Shown here piece by piece: positions 1-8,576 of a DNA stretch of 15,359 nucleotides. The DNA is from Candidatus Wukongarchaeum yapensis (GTDB lineage: Archaea; Asgardarchaeota; Wukongarchaeia; Wukongarchaeales; Wukongarchaeaceae): contig JAEOSI010000028.1 in assembly GCA_016840425.1 (NCBI GenBank), forward strand, positions 1 to 15,359, given 5' to 3'. How positions within the stretch are numbered: position 1 is the stretch's first letter; every line of letters starts with the position of its first letter. The translations under genes and the position numbers were made by a program. Under the pieces are notes generated by a model. That model was given only the letters and a program-made list of their open reading frames with translations. It made no database searches and was not told where the DNA came from.

Positions 1-78
1 GAAAATAAAGAGAAACGCTACCAGATAATCCTTGGAACACAAGAAACCATACAAGAATACCTAGTACCCACAGAATAA
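1..78 (+). CDS. Probable 3' end of a CDS entering the window (ENKEKRYQIILGTQETIQEYLVPTE*)
   Basis: Frame 1 is open from base 1 to TAA at 76-78 with protein-like composition. Too short to assign. Confidence 0.4.
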   Translation, partial: ENKEKRYQIILGTQETIQEYLVPTE

Positions 79-178
79 CCCAAAAAGATCTGCCGTAGAA
101 AATAAACAAACAAAAAAAGAAAAGGAAATTTTGATTTTTTCAATACTCCTTTATGCGATTATTAAAGGATGAAACAAA

Positions 179-204
179 CTTAAGCTTGTTAAGAGAAGCT
201 TAAG
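179..204. repeat. Perfect 9-bp inverted repeat CTTAAGCTT-N8-AAGCTTAAG, possible operator upstream of fprA
   Basis: 179-187 is the exact reverse complement of 196-204. Confidence 0.55.
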
Positions 205-377
205 GCATCTCCTTTGAAAGAAGGTTACCTAGTTTTTGAATACCCTCGTAAATCTCTTCTTAATTATTAAATAAATTAAATCAAGCTACTTGTTTGTAAA
301 GCCTTTTATACCTAAAATTCCTTAAAAGTTAAGTCTTTTCAAAATTTTAAAATTAATAAAGAGGAGGAAAGTTGTGA

Positions 378-1562
378 ATGCAGGCTGTTAAAATAGTTGA
401 AGATGTGTTTTGGGCAGGCGCAATAAATTGGACCTTTGATTTTTATGGCCTCTCTATCCAAAGAGGGACAACCTATAACGCTTACGTCGTAAAAAGCGGA
501 GACAAATCTGCTGTGATTGATACATCACACCCAAACCACTATGAAGAATTTATGACTAGGGTCAAATCCATAGTTAACCCTGAAAAAATAGATTATGTTA
601 TCTGCAATCATGCTGAGCCGGATCATTCATTCGGTATACCAATATTGATGAAAGAAGCCGTAAACGCAAAAGTAGTAGCAACACCAAAATGCGTAGCCAT
701 GTTACGTAGACTATATCCCCCTGCAGATTACGATTACATTGAAGTAAAAGAGGACGATACTCTCAAACTAGGAGAAAAAACATTCCGTTTCATTGAAGCA
801 CCGTTCATGCATTGGCCGGAGGTTATGTTTACCTACCTTGAAGAAGACAAAATACTTTTCCCTTGTGATGGTTTTGCGGCCCACATCGCCCCTACAAATC
901 TCTTCGCAGACAAAGCCAAAGACATAAAAGACGATGCGGCTAAATATTTTGCTTTTATTTTCCGGCCTTTTGCTAAAAAAGTAAGACAAGCAATTGAAAA
1001 AGTCAGAAAACTTGACTTAAAAATAATCGCTCCAAGCCATGGGCCAATAATAAGGGAAAATCCCACAGAAGTCCTTGATTTATGGGAAAAATGGAGTAGT
1101 GAAGAATGGATCGGTGAAAATAAAGTCGTAATCGCCTATAATACGATGTGGGGAGCTGATAAGCTCATGGCCGAAACAATAGCAGATAGCATAATGGAAG
1201 AAGATATTGAAGTAAACTTCTTCGACCTAGAGACTGCACCGGTGGCCGATGTTCTAAAAGAATGCTTTGAATCAAAAGCAATAGTGTTAGGATCGTTAAC
1301 CGTTTTTGGGGGTCCTTTCCCTCACGTATACGCTGTCTTACCTTTCCTTAAGCTCATGCGACCTCAAGGAAAAATAGGGGCAGCATTCGGGGTACATGGT
1401 TGGAGTGGAGGCAGCGCTAGAAAAATAGATGAAGCAATGAAAGAACTTAAAATGGACTTTATCGAGCCAGCTTTAGCAGTTGTGCTGAGACCTGACGAAG
1501 AAGAACTTCAAAAATGTATAGAACTAGGAAAAGAAATAGCAAAACGAGTTAAAGCTACTTAA
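378..1562 (+). CDS. fprA: Flavodiiron protein (FprA / A-type flavoprotein; O2/NO reductase or F420H2 oxidase family)
   Basis: Metallo-beta-lactamase domain with diiron ligands HAEPDH, MHWP, CDGF and PSHG, followed by a flavodoxin-like domain (YNTMWG, GSLT, FGVHGWSGG). SD GAGGAGG at 361-367. Confidence 0.93.
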   Translation: MQAVKIVEDVFWAGAINWTFDFYGLSIQRGTTYNAYVVKSGDKSAVIDTSHPNHYEEFMTRVKSIVNPEKIDYVICNHAEPDHSFGIPILMKEAVNAKVVATPKCVAMLRRLYPPADYDYIEVKEDDTLKLGEKTFRFIEAPFMHWPEVMFTYLEEDKILFPCDGFAAHIAPTNLFADKAKDIKDDAAKYFAFIFRPFAKKVRQAIEKVRKLDLKIIAPSHGPIIRENPTEVLDLWEKWSSEEWIGENKVVIAYNTMWGADKLMAETIADSIMEEDIEVNFFDLETAPVADVLKECFESKAIVLGSLTVFGGPFPHVYAVLPFLKLMRPQGKIGAAFGVHGWSGGSARKIDEAMKELKMDFIEPALAVVLRPDEEELQKCIELGKEIAKRVKAT

Positions 1563-1630
1563 AAAAGAATAAAAAGACAAAAAAAAGACAAAAAAACCTT
1601 ATTGAAAGAAAAACAGTTCAAAAACCTAAA
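1561..1630 (-). terminator. Oligo-T tracts on the minus strand, putative archaeal terminator of the small minus-strand ORF
   Basis: The plus strand is a long A-rich run (aaaaagacaaaaaaaagacaaaaaaa), which reads as T-tracts directly after the TAG at 1631-1633 on the minus strand. Confidence 0.4.
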
Positions 1631-1783
1631 CTACTTTCCAGCTTCTTCCCTTATAATTCTTTTTTTTGTCTTGAAAATTTCAAGGATCATCTCATTTCTA
1701 TGTTTAACTTTATCAATCTCAGTTAAACCCGGCAAACTTCCCTTGATTTTTTTAATTGTTAAGAAATTATTTTTCACTGCCAT
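1631..1783 (-). CDS. Small basic hypothetical protein, 50 aa (MAVKNNFLTIKKIKGSLPG...EEAGK)
   Basis: ATG at 1783 is preceded by purine-rich GAGGGAAG and followed downstream by T-tracts. The ORF fills the gap between fprA and the Bax1 gene. The track start at 1849 is probably too far upstream. Confidence 0.45.
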   Translation of the reverse strand: MAVKNNFLTIKKIKGSLPGLTEIDKVKHRNEMILEIFKTKKRIIREEAGK

Positions 1784-1886
1784 TTTCTCTTCCCTCAATA
1801 AATATTTCTTTTTCAAGATACAAAAGTAAAATGGTATAAATCTCCGCAAAAAATAATTAAATAATTAAGTTTGAAAAGGTTTTCAA

Positions 1887-3230
1887 ATGAGGCGTGTTAT
1901 TTTGGGTGTTGGCCTAAAAAACCTAATTTTTGAAGGAAAAGACGTAAAAACACCAGTATTCTTATCCGAGGACTATTTGCCGAAAATTGAGAGCATAATG
2001 ACATGGTTTGAGGAAGCTAGAGGTAAGAAAAAAAGCGAAATCGACCCCGAAAAATTCATAATTGAAACTTTTAATGGAGAAGAAAAGCTTTCAAAAAGCC
2101 TTCTAAGAGGAATCTCATGGTTCTATAATTACAGAGAAAAAAAGCTTTTAGAGGTTCTTAAAAAAGAAGAAGTTCGAGCACTCGCAGAAAAAGGGATCAA
2201 AACAGTTGAAAACCTCCGATTTTATGTTTTTACCCTTATAAATAAGAAATACGGCGGTTTTTTACCCAAGAAAAACCGCGAAAATATCCTCAAAAAAATC
2301 GGAAAAGAAATAGGAGCGGAGAGCTATCCCTTAGACACACTTGTCTGGCTGGATAATGAAGGCGAAAAAATCTTGTTTAGAGAAGGCGAAAACAAGCTAA
2401 CAGCTCTAGACGTTATATCCTCTACTAATTTTGAGATCTTGGAAACCTTATTTAATAATTCAAGCTTTTGCAGGCTAGAGTTTTTAGGAGAAAGATCAGT
2501 CGGAACCCTTGCTAAAATCGCTATTAGAACCGCAAAAATAGTAGGAGTTCAAGCAGGTCTATCTATCTCGGATAAAAACTCCCTGATATGCGAGCTTAGC
2601 GGACCTTTCAGCCTTTTTGGAAAACCCACAAAGTTCGGAAGAAACGTATCCTATGTCGCAGCAAAATTAGTAGACAATGCACACAAAAACGATATTGAGT
2701 GCCGTATAGAAGCAGTCTTTCACACCCGTAGAAGAAAATTCATCGTGGTTATACCTAAAATTCCCCCCCTGCTAACGCCTAAAAATTTCAAGTTAGAACC
2801 TATCTTTGACTCTAGTGTGGAAAGAAGATTCGAGGCCTCCTTTAATGGTTTAAGAGGTTGGAAAGTTATAAGAGAACCAACACCAGTAATTTTAGAAGAT
2901 TTAGTATTTGTTCCAGACTTTAAAATAACCCGTAACGATGCAGAAGTAATGGTTGAAATAATAGGATTTTGGAGGGAAGAATACTCAAAAAAGAAGCTTG
3001 AAAAGCTCAAAAAACTCCAACAAAAAAAGGTAAAAAACTTAGTATTTCTTGTAAATGAAAACCTCAAAAAAATGTTTGAAAAACCCAGCTTTTTCCTCTT
3101 TTACCACCTTTTTTACTACAAACAAAAAGGAAAAAAGCTAGAAATCCCCTACAAACAGTTACTAGACTATTTAGACGAAAATTTTCCCAAAAACACTCCC
3201 CAACAAAAAAAGAAACAAAAAGAAAAATAA
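1887..3230 (+). CDS. bax1: DUF790 family / Bax1-type endonuclease (restriction endonuclease-like fold)
   Basis: Family motifs SGPFSLFGKPTKFG, FDSSVERRF, WKVIREP, FVPDF, EIIGFWREEY..KKLEKL. Confidence 0.85.
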   Translation: MRRVILGVGLKNLIFEGKDVKTPVFLSEDYLPKIESIMTWFEEARGKKKSEIDPEKFIIETFNGEEKLSKSLLRGISWFYNYREKKLLEVLKKEEVRALAEKGIKTVENLRFYVFTLINKKYGGFLPKKNRENILKKIGKEIGAESYPLDTLVWLDNEGEKILFREGENKLTALDVISSTNFEILETLFNNSSFCRLEFLGERSVGTLAKIAIRTAKIVGVQAGLSISDKNSLICELSGPFSLFGKPTKFGRNVSYVAAKLVDNAHKNDIECRIEAVFHTRRRKFIVVIPKIPPLLTPKNFKLEPIFDSSVERRFEASFNGLRGWKVIREPTPVILEDLVFVPDFKITRNDAEVMVEIIGFWREEYSKKKLEKLKKLQQKKVKNLVFLVNENLKKMFEKPSFFLFYHLFYYKQKGKKLEIPYKQLLDYLDENFPKNTPQQKKKQKEK

Positions 3231-3278
3231 AATTCAAGCCCTTAAAGCAAAAGCATCACAACTAGAGACTGGGGAGTG

Positions 3279-3737
3279 TCATGTATACATAAACTCTATT
3301 GGTCGTCTTCTTTCTTTGTATTCAATTTTCGGGGCGATATCTGTCCAAAAGTATTTTATTGCGAAAGGGACGGCGAAAAACTCCTCCTCAAATACGTCAA
3401 AAAGGCAGGCGTCTATCTCTATCTGCTGACTTGTACCTATGTTACCTTCTTCATCCAAATCGTAGCGAACTTCAGGCAAGTCATGGTTCGCACGAAGAAG
3501 CAAACGATAAAGCATCTCTATTCGATTTTTAGGGACTTCGGTTGCAGGCAATATTTCTGCACGCATAACTATCCAGTTGTTAGTCCAATCTATTATTACT
3601 GTGTATTTTCTGCCTTCTATCCTATAATTAAGAAGGAAAGCTTTTAGTTCGGGGTTCCAGTCGAATTTTAGGTTCATCAAGGCGAGGTATTTTTCGATTT
3701 TCTCTTTAATATGATCCCCTATTTCTTGATTCATCAT
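3279..3737 (-). CDS. YbjN / type III secretion chaperone-like (CesT fold) domain protein
   Basis: About 150 aa alpha/beta pattern with LLRANH...RYDLDEEGNI typical of YbjN-like proteins. AGAGG precedes the ATG. Confidence 0.6.
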   Translation of the reverse strand: MMNQEIGDHIKEKIEKYLALMNLKFDWNPELKAFLLNYRIEGRKYTVIIDWTNNWIVMRAEILPATEVPKNRIEMLYRLLLRANHDLPEVRYDLDEEGNIGTSQQIEIDACLFDVFEEEFFAVPFAIKYFWTDIAPKIEYKERRRPIEFMYT

Positions 3738-3773
3738 AAATTCCTCTACCTTTTCACTTCAACTGGCTTTTTT

Positions 3774-3794
3774 TATTTCTTATTTCTTATTTCT
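3774..3794. repeat. (TATTTCT)x3 microsatellite in the divergent intergenic region
   Basis: Three exact 7-bp units at 3774, 3781 and 3788. Confidence 0.7.
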
Positions 3795-3879
3795 ATTTTT
3801 TGATGAAAAAATTTTTTGGAAGAGATTTAAACAAAAAACGTAAAAGTTATATTCTCTTGTTATAAACTCACTGGAAGGA

Positions 3880-4374
3880 TTGTTTTTGACCGTTCTACCG
3901 CCATTTCTACTTAACAAAAAAACTTTACAAAACATGCTCGATCCACGTATCCAAATCCAGCCTGCAGGGTTTGATCTCACTCTAAGTGAAGTCGAAAAAA
4001 TCGAAAATGATGAAGGAATAATAGATTTTTCAAACGAACAACGAAAAATCCCCAAAGGGAAGAAAATAGAACATAAAAACGGTTTTTACACCCTTGAACC
4101 CGGAGGCTATAGGGTTAGATATAAAGAGATCGTAAACGTTCCAGAAGATTGTATCGCTATTCTCCTACCCCGTTCCTCCTTACTTAGATGCGGAGCTACC
4201 GTATGTTCTGCCGTCTGGGATCCCGGATACAAGGGTAGAGGACAAGGACTTCTAATAGTAACCAACAAGATACGCTTAAGCACAAACGCCCGAATAGCCC
4301 AAATAATCTTCCTAAAATTAGCAGAAAAAGCAGAAAAAAAGTATGAAGGAAAATATCTACAAGAAGGCTTATAA
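3880..4374 (+). CDS. dut: Trimeric dUTPase, archaeal type (dUTPase/dCTP deaminase superfamily); likely start TTG 3886
   Basis: QPAGFDLTL, PRSSLLR, AVWDPGYKG, RIAQIIF and C-terminal YEGKY. The dCTP-deaminase catalytic Glu after DPG.G is absent (GRGQGLL). GGAAGGA at 3873-3879. Confidence 0.85.
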   Translation: MFLTVLPPFLLNKKTLQNMLDPRIQIQPAGFDLTLSEVEKIENDEGIIDFSNEQRKIPKGKKIEHKNGFYTLEPGGYRVRYKEIVNVPEDCIAILLPRSSLLRCGATVCSAVWDPGYKGRGQGLLIVTNKIRLSTNARIAQIIFLKLAEKAEKKYEGKYLQEGL

Positions 4375-4403
4375 CAGCATAAAAATGCAAAAAGATAAAA
4401 AAA

Positions 4404-5192
4404 TTATTTGGAGCTATATCCATTTTTCAACGGCAATAATTCTTTTAAGAAAGATGCCATGATTCGCAATCTGATTATATCATGGAGGGTTTTTAAAACA
4501 ATAATGTGGGGATTTATATAACTTTCACCAGCTTTCCTTGGATAATGCCTCACTGGCACCTCAGCAATCTTATACCCTGAAAGAGTGGCTAACGTTAAAA
4601 GAACCCTATGCATGCCATAAAACCCTGTAGGGTCTAACGTGTACAGTTTGAGAGCAACGTCTTTTTTGAAAGCTTTCAAACCAGAATTATTATCCGTAAC
4701 ATCAGTCTTAAAAAGAAGATGTTGGAACTTGTTAAAAACCTTTGACATAACTTTTCTATGAGGCTTATCTGCCCTTCCCGTTCGCTTTCCATTAACTATA
4801 TCCACATTTTTCTCCCTTAACTTTTTGACTATGGGTGGAATATCTTCTGGACAATATTGGTGATCTGTTTCAAAGAGCACTACTATGTCTCCTTTCGCTG
4901 CTTTAAATCCTGTTTGCATAGCTGCAGTTTTTCCTAGGTTTTTAGGGTGGTGTAGTGGGCGTACTTCCTTGTATTTCTCCGCCATTTCATCTATCAGTTT
5001 TCCTGTTTCATCCTTACTTCCATCATTGATAATTACAGCTTCAAATTTCATTTTTTTAGCTCTGATGGCATTAACTGTTGCCGGTATGAGAGTCTTCAAA
5101 TTTTCATACTCATTATAGGCTGGCATGATAACTGAAAATAGCCCATTATCTTCTCCGTCCTGCTCTTTGTCTTTAGCTTCCAATTTCGCCAT
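4404..5192 (-). CDS. GT2 glycosyltransferase, polyprenyl-phosphate glycosyltransferase (DPM1/ArnC/GtrB)-like
   Basis: SVIMPAYNE, INDGSKD, NLGKTAA..TGF, GDIVVLFETDHQY, VNGKR, NSGLKAF. ATG 5192 lies 1 nt after the epimerase stop and has GGAG upstream. The track start is 5207. Confidence 0.88.
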   Translation of the reverse strand: MAKLEAKDKEQDGEDNGLFSVIMPAYNEYENLKTLIPATVNAIRAKKMKFEAVIINDGSKDETGKLIDEMAEKYKEVRPLHHPKNLGKTAAMQTGFKAAKGDIVVLFETDHQYCPEDIPPIVKKLREKNVDIVNGKRTGRADKPHRKVMSKVFNKFQHLLFKTDVTDNNSGLKAFKKDVALKLYTLDPTGFYGMHRVLLTLATLSGYKIAEVPVRHYPRKAGESYINPHIIVLKTLHDIIRLRIMASFLKELLPLKNGYSSK

Positions 5193-5193
5193 C

Positions 5194-6174
5194 TTACTTT
5201 GCTCCACTTAGATACATCGCTTTATACCACTCTACCATCCATTTAATACCTTCCCTAACCCCTATTGTAGGCGAATAGTCAAGCTTCTCTCGAGCTTTAC
5301 TTATGTTCGCCTGCGTATGTTGCACATCTCCTAAAGCCTTCTCAGTGTGTTTAGGCTCTACTATTCCAGTTTTATCACACTCTTCTATTAATAGAAGCAA
5401 GAGCTCGTTAACTGTTATGTTGCCTCCGCCGCCGATATTAAATGCTTCTCCTACAGATTCTTTAGAAGTCCAAGCCAGGATTGTTCCTTGAACCGCATCA
5501 TCCACGTAAGTGAAGTCCCGACTCTGGTTTCCATCTCCAAAAATTATCGGGGGTTCGTTTCTTAAAACTTTAGAAATTGCTTTATGCATCAACATGTCAG
5601 GTCTTTGTCTTGGACCATATACCGTAAAATATCTCAACATTGTTAGCGGTATATTGTAAAGCCTATAATATGTGTAACAATAAATTTCAGTAGCAACTTT
5701 ACTAACCCCGTAAGGGCTTATGGGGTTTAAAGGACAAGCTTCATCTGTCGGTCGGTATTTTGCATTTCCATAAACGCTAGAAGAGGAGGCTACTACAAGC
5801 TTTTCAACATCAAGTTTTCTCGCATTTTCAAGGACTTGCAAAGTCCCGTCGATGTTAATATTGGCGGTAAGAAAGGGATTTTCAACACTTGCCCTCACAC
5901 CCGGCCTAGCTGCTAAATGAAAAACAACATCAACATCCCTCATCACGGAAAGTAAGCTTTCAGGGTCAAGAATCGACCCTTTTAAAAAAGAAAATTTGGA
6001 AGAATTCCTAATTTTTTCAATGTTTTTCCACTTAATTTCAGGGTCGTAATAATGGTCAAAATTATCAATCACAGTAACTTTACATTCTTGCCTTAACAGT
6101 GTTTCAGCAAGGTGGGATCCTATAAATCCTGCACCACCGGTTATTAGTACGCTAGAATCCGCGATCTTTTCCAA
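5194..6174 (-). CDS. NAD-dependent nucleotide-sugar epimerase/dehydratase (UDP-glucuronate/UDP-glucose 4-epimerase-like extended SDR)
   Basis: TGGAGFIGSHL, ASSSSVYG, YGVSK (YxxxK), RYFTVYGPRQRPDM. The likely start is TTG 6174, 7 nt after GGTGA. The track start is 6207. Confidence 0.92.
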   Translation of the reverse strand: MEKIADSSVLITGGAGFIGSHLAETLLRQECKVTVIDNFDHYYDPEIKWKNIEKIRNSSKFSFLKGSILDPESLLSVMRDVDVVFHLAARPGVRASVENPFLTANINIDGTLQVLENARKLDVEKLVVASSSSVYGNAKYRPTDEACPLNPISPYGVSKVATEIYCYTYYRLYNIPLTMLRYFTVYGPRQRPDMLMHKAISKVLRNEPPIIFGDGNQSRDFTYVDDAVQGTILAWTSKESVGEAFNIGGGGNITVNELLLLLIEECDKTGIVEPKHTEKALGDVQHTQANISKAREKLDYSPTIGVREGIKWMVEWYKAMYLSGAK

Positions 6175-6259
6175 GGAATAATCACCTACAAACACCAAAA
6201 AAAGCATCTTAAGAAAAAACAGAACTCCTTAAAAAACATAATCCTCAAAAAAGAAAATA

Positions 6260-6325
6260 ATGAAAACTATATAAAACGGGAGTAAAAAAACCTACATGAA
6301 AAACTAAATTATAAAACGGAAGTAA
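6260..6325. promoter_or_regulatory. Duplicated TATA-containing element (TATAAAACGGRAGTAA x2, 40-bp period) between divergent genes
   Basis: 6270-6285 and 6310-6325 match at 15/16, and each copy is preceded by ATGAAAA(A)CTA. Confidence 0.55.
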
Positions 6326-6330
6326 CTGAC

Positions 6331-7197
6331 TTGGAAGTGGGTAAGTTATCATCTAAAACATCGCAAAAACGTTCCTCTATGATTCCTTTACTTGTTCTTA
6401 TAGCCGGAATAATTGACATAGCTTTAGGGATTGCTTTTATAGTAGAACCTGACTTGTATCCTCAGAATTTAGGCGATGAAGCCGGTAAAGATCTCATTGT
6501 TTTGTTAGGTTATTTCTCCATCGGCATTGGATCCTTTTTGGTCTTTGCCTCAATATTAATATTTGCAGCTGCTTATAAGGTAGGCGGTTTTTTTGCCATT
6601 ATAGGCGGAATTATTTCCCTTATTTTTATTAACCTTTTTAGCGGGATTTTAGGATTTTTGGGAGGTTGGTTGACCTTAAAAGCGGTAAAGAAATCAATCG
6701 GGGTAAAGTGCCCAAAATGTGGCACATTAAACCCTGTTGCAGCCGCCTTATGTTATGGCTGCGGTGCCCCCCTCTTAATTCCAAAGGAGGCAGAAGTTTT
6801 AGATCAAAAAGTCGAAGAAGCACCTCCTAAGGCTCCTAAAATCGTAACCCCTCTCGAAATTTCCTTAGGAGACGGCGTAAAATGCCCTGTATGTGGGGAA
6901 GAGTCCCCCCCTAATTCGAGGTTTTGCGGATTCTGTGGAACCCCCCTTAAAAGGCCAGAAACCCCTCTTTTCCCTTCTCCTATGCAGAAAAAGAAATGTA
7001 AAACATGTTCCACAAAAAACCCGATTAGTGCGATCTACTGTTTAAAATGCGGCAAAAAATTTATGGAATCTCCCCAAGAATTAGAAGAGAAAGGTTTTAT
7101 TCCCATAGAACAAGCAGGCTGGGCTAAGTGCCCGTTTTGTAACAAAAAAACCCCATCAAACTCAAACTTCTGTATAGTCTGCGGTGCAAAACTCTAA
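6331..7197 (+). CDS. Membrane protein (about 4 N-terminal TM helices) with four C-terminal CxxC-x10-CxxC zinc ribbons
   Basis: Hydrophobic N-terminal third. Ribbons are CPKC..CYGC, CPVC..CGFC, CKTC..CLKC and CPFC..CIVC, with Pro-rich linkers. Start uncertain (TTG 6331, GTG 6337 or ATG 6379). Confidence 0.85.
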   Translation: MEVGKLSSKTSQKRSSMIPLLVLIAGIIDIALGIAFIVEPDLYPQNLGDEAGKDLIVLLGYFSIGIGSFLVFASILIFAAAYKVGGFFAIIGGIISLIFINLFSGILGFLGGWLTLKAVKKSIGVKCPKCGTLNPVAAALCYGCGAPLLIPKEAEVLDQKVEEAPPKAPKIVTPLEISLGDGVKCPVCGEESPPNSRFCGFCGTPLKRPETPLFPSPMQKKKCKTCSTKNPISAIYCLKCGKKFMESPQELEEKGFIPIEQAGWAKCPFCNKKTPSNSNFCIVCGAKL

Positions 7198-7251
7198 AAA
7201 CCTCTCAAAAATACTTTCATTCCAAGCCTCATAAACTCCTTAAAGTATTTT

Positions 7252-8367
7252 TCAACTTTTTAATCTAGAGCCACAATTTGCACAATACAACGCATCAAAC
7301 GGATTTTTTATACCGCAAATGGGGCAAATTTTCTCTTTTCCTTCCTCAATTTTTGGGAGTTTACGCCCACATTGAGTGCAGAAAATCGCCTCAATAGGAA
7401 CAATTGCTCCACAAAAGAGGCAAGTTTTTATTTCTTTCTCTGGTCTCCTTTCTTTCTCTTTTATTATTTTTGTACCACAATTGGGGCAATACAATGTATC
7501 CGTCTCTAATGGTAATTGAATACCGCATTGAGGGCATAAACCTGGTCTTCCGGGGAAAAGTGTTGGTCTTTTCACTGCCTGGGGTGTTAAAGTTTCTTTT
7601 ATACGAAGATCTATGAACAATAAGGTTAAGGCTATTGCATAAAGTGGTGTAAGAAAAGCTAGAAAAATATAGGAAAAAACTAAGAAGATCGTTATCGTTG
7701 TAAACTCGCTATAATCTTCTTTTATTTGATTGTATAAATAATCCCCGATAACGGTTCCGATTAGATTTATTATGCTCATAATTATCATTATAACAACGAT
7801 AAGTCCAAAAGTTTTCCAAAAATTTCCTTTCACCAGTTCTTTTGATCTACTCAAAGAAGCTTTCGCGGACTTACTTTCCAATATGACTGCTTGGGCTGAC
7901 AAACTATACCAAACATAAAAAAGTATACCGGGAATTATAAATAAAAACAGTCCTATAAGCGTGATAATTCCCACTAATAAAGCTGCACCAATCAGGCTAA
8001 ATATTTTTGAAGAAGCAACCCTAAAACTTTTCCCTAAATCTATCTCCTTTCCTTCATGCGCATCGGCAGCCATTTGAATAACTATTCCTGTAGCAATGAA
8101 CAAAAAAATGATTAAAGCAAGAACCGTAACAATGATTACCGAAATAACTAGAGATAATTCCTTCTCCTGTAGTTCTAAAAGATCCTCATAAGAAAGATCA
8201 AAAAAACCAAAATAAAACAAGGAAAGAATAACCGCCATAACACTGTATAATATGAGAAAAGGTAATAAAAACCTGCTAAAATTAGATTTAAAAATTTTAA
8301 AAGTCCTTTTAATGATATCTCCAATACTTATTTTCCCATAAAATACAGGTTTTTCTCTGTCTTCCAT
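7252..8367 (-). CDS. Polytopic membrane protein (YciC/DUF975/GDPD-membrane-domain-like) with three C-terminal zinc ribbons
   Basis: Multiple TM segments with IIPGI...SLSRSKELVKGNFWKTFG pattern. Ribbons are CPQC-x12-CPNC, CLFC-x10-CTQC and CPIC-x10-CANC. Confidence 0.85.
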   Translation of the reverse strand: MEDREKPVFYGKISIGDIIKRTFKIFKSNFSRFLLPFLILYSVMAVILSLFYFGFFDLSYEDLLELQEKELSLVISVIIVTVLALIIFLFIATGIVIQMAADAHEGKEIDLGKSFRVASSKIFSLIGAALLVGIITLIGLFLFIIPGILFYVWYSLSAQAVILESKSAKASLSRSKELVKGNFWKTFGLIVVIMIIMSIINLIGTVIGDYLYNQIKEDYSEFTTITIFLVFSYIFLAFLTPLYAIALTLLFIDLRIKETLTPQAVKRPTLFPGRPGLCPQCGIQLPLETDTLYCPNCGTKIIKEKERRPEKEIKTCLFCGAIVPIEAIFCTQCGRKLPKIEEGKEKICPICGIKNPFDALYCANCGSRLKS

Positions 8368-8536
8368 AAAACATCTCCAGCCTCTTATTTTATAATTCGA
8401 ATTTTCGAAGCTTAAATTTGACGCTGATACTTAATCTTTATGATTTTATACTTTCTTGAAGCTTCTTTTAAGTTTTTTTTCCATTAGAATTTAATGCATT
8501 TATATGTAGGGAAAGAAAGATTAAATATTTTTTAAA

Positions 8537-8566
8537 TTTATATATAAGAATGGTTAGTTAAGGAGG
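8537..8566 (+). promoter_or_regulatory. Archaeal TATA box (TTTATATATAA, 8537-8547) and SD (AGGAGG, 8561-8566) of the cofilin-like gene
   Basis: The TATA element lies about 30-40 nt upstream of GTG 8577. The SD ends 10 nt before the start. Confidence 0.65.
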
Positions 8567-8576
8567 TTTGTTTTAG

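Noticed and set aside
3880-4374. dCTP deaminase call
   Set aside because: The catalytic Glu of the deaminase motif is missing and the length fits a monofunctional dUTPase.
6709-7536. Zinc-finger arrays as LIM domains (tempting next to cofilin because of LIM kinase)
   Set aside because: The spacing is CxxC-x10/12-CxxC with no His ligand and no LIM C2HC-C4 pattern. These are ordinary zinc ribbons.
8396-8413. TTCGAATTTTCGAAGCTT as a heat-shock element upstream of cofilin
   Set aside because: Only one correctly spaced GAAnnTTC pair, which is expected by chance, and there is no evidence of a cognate factor.
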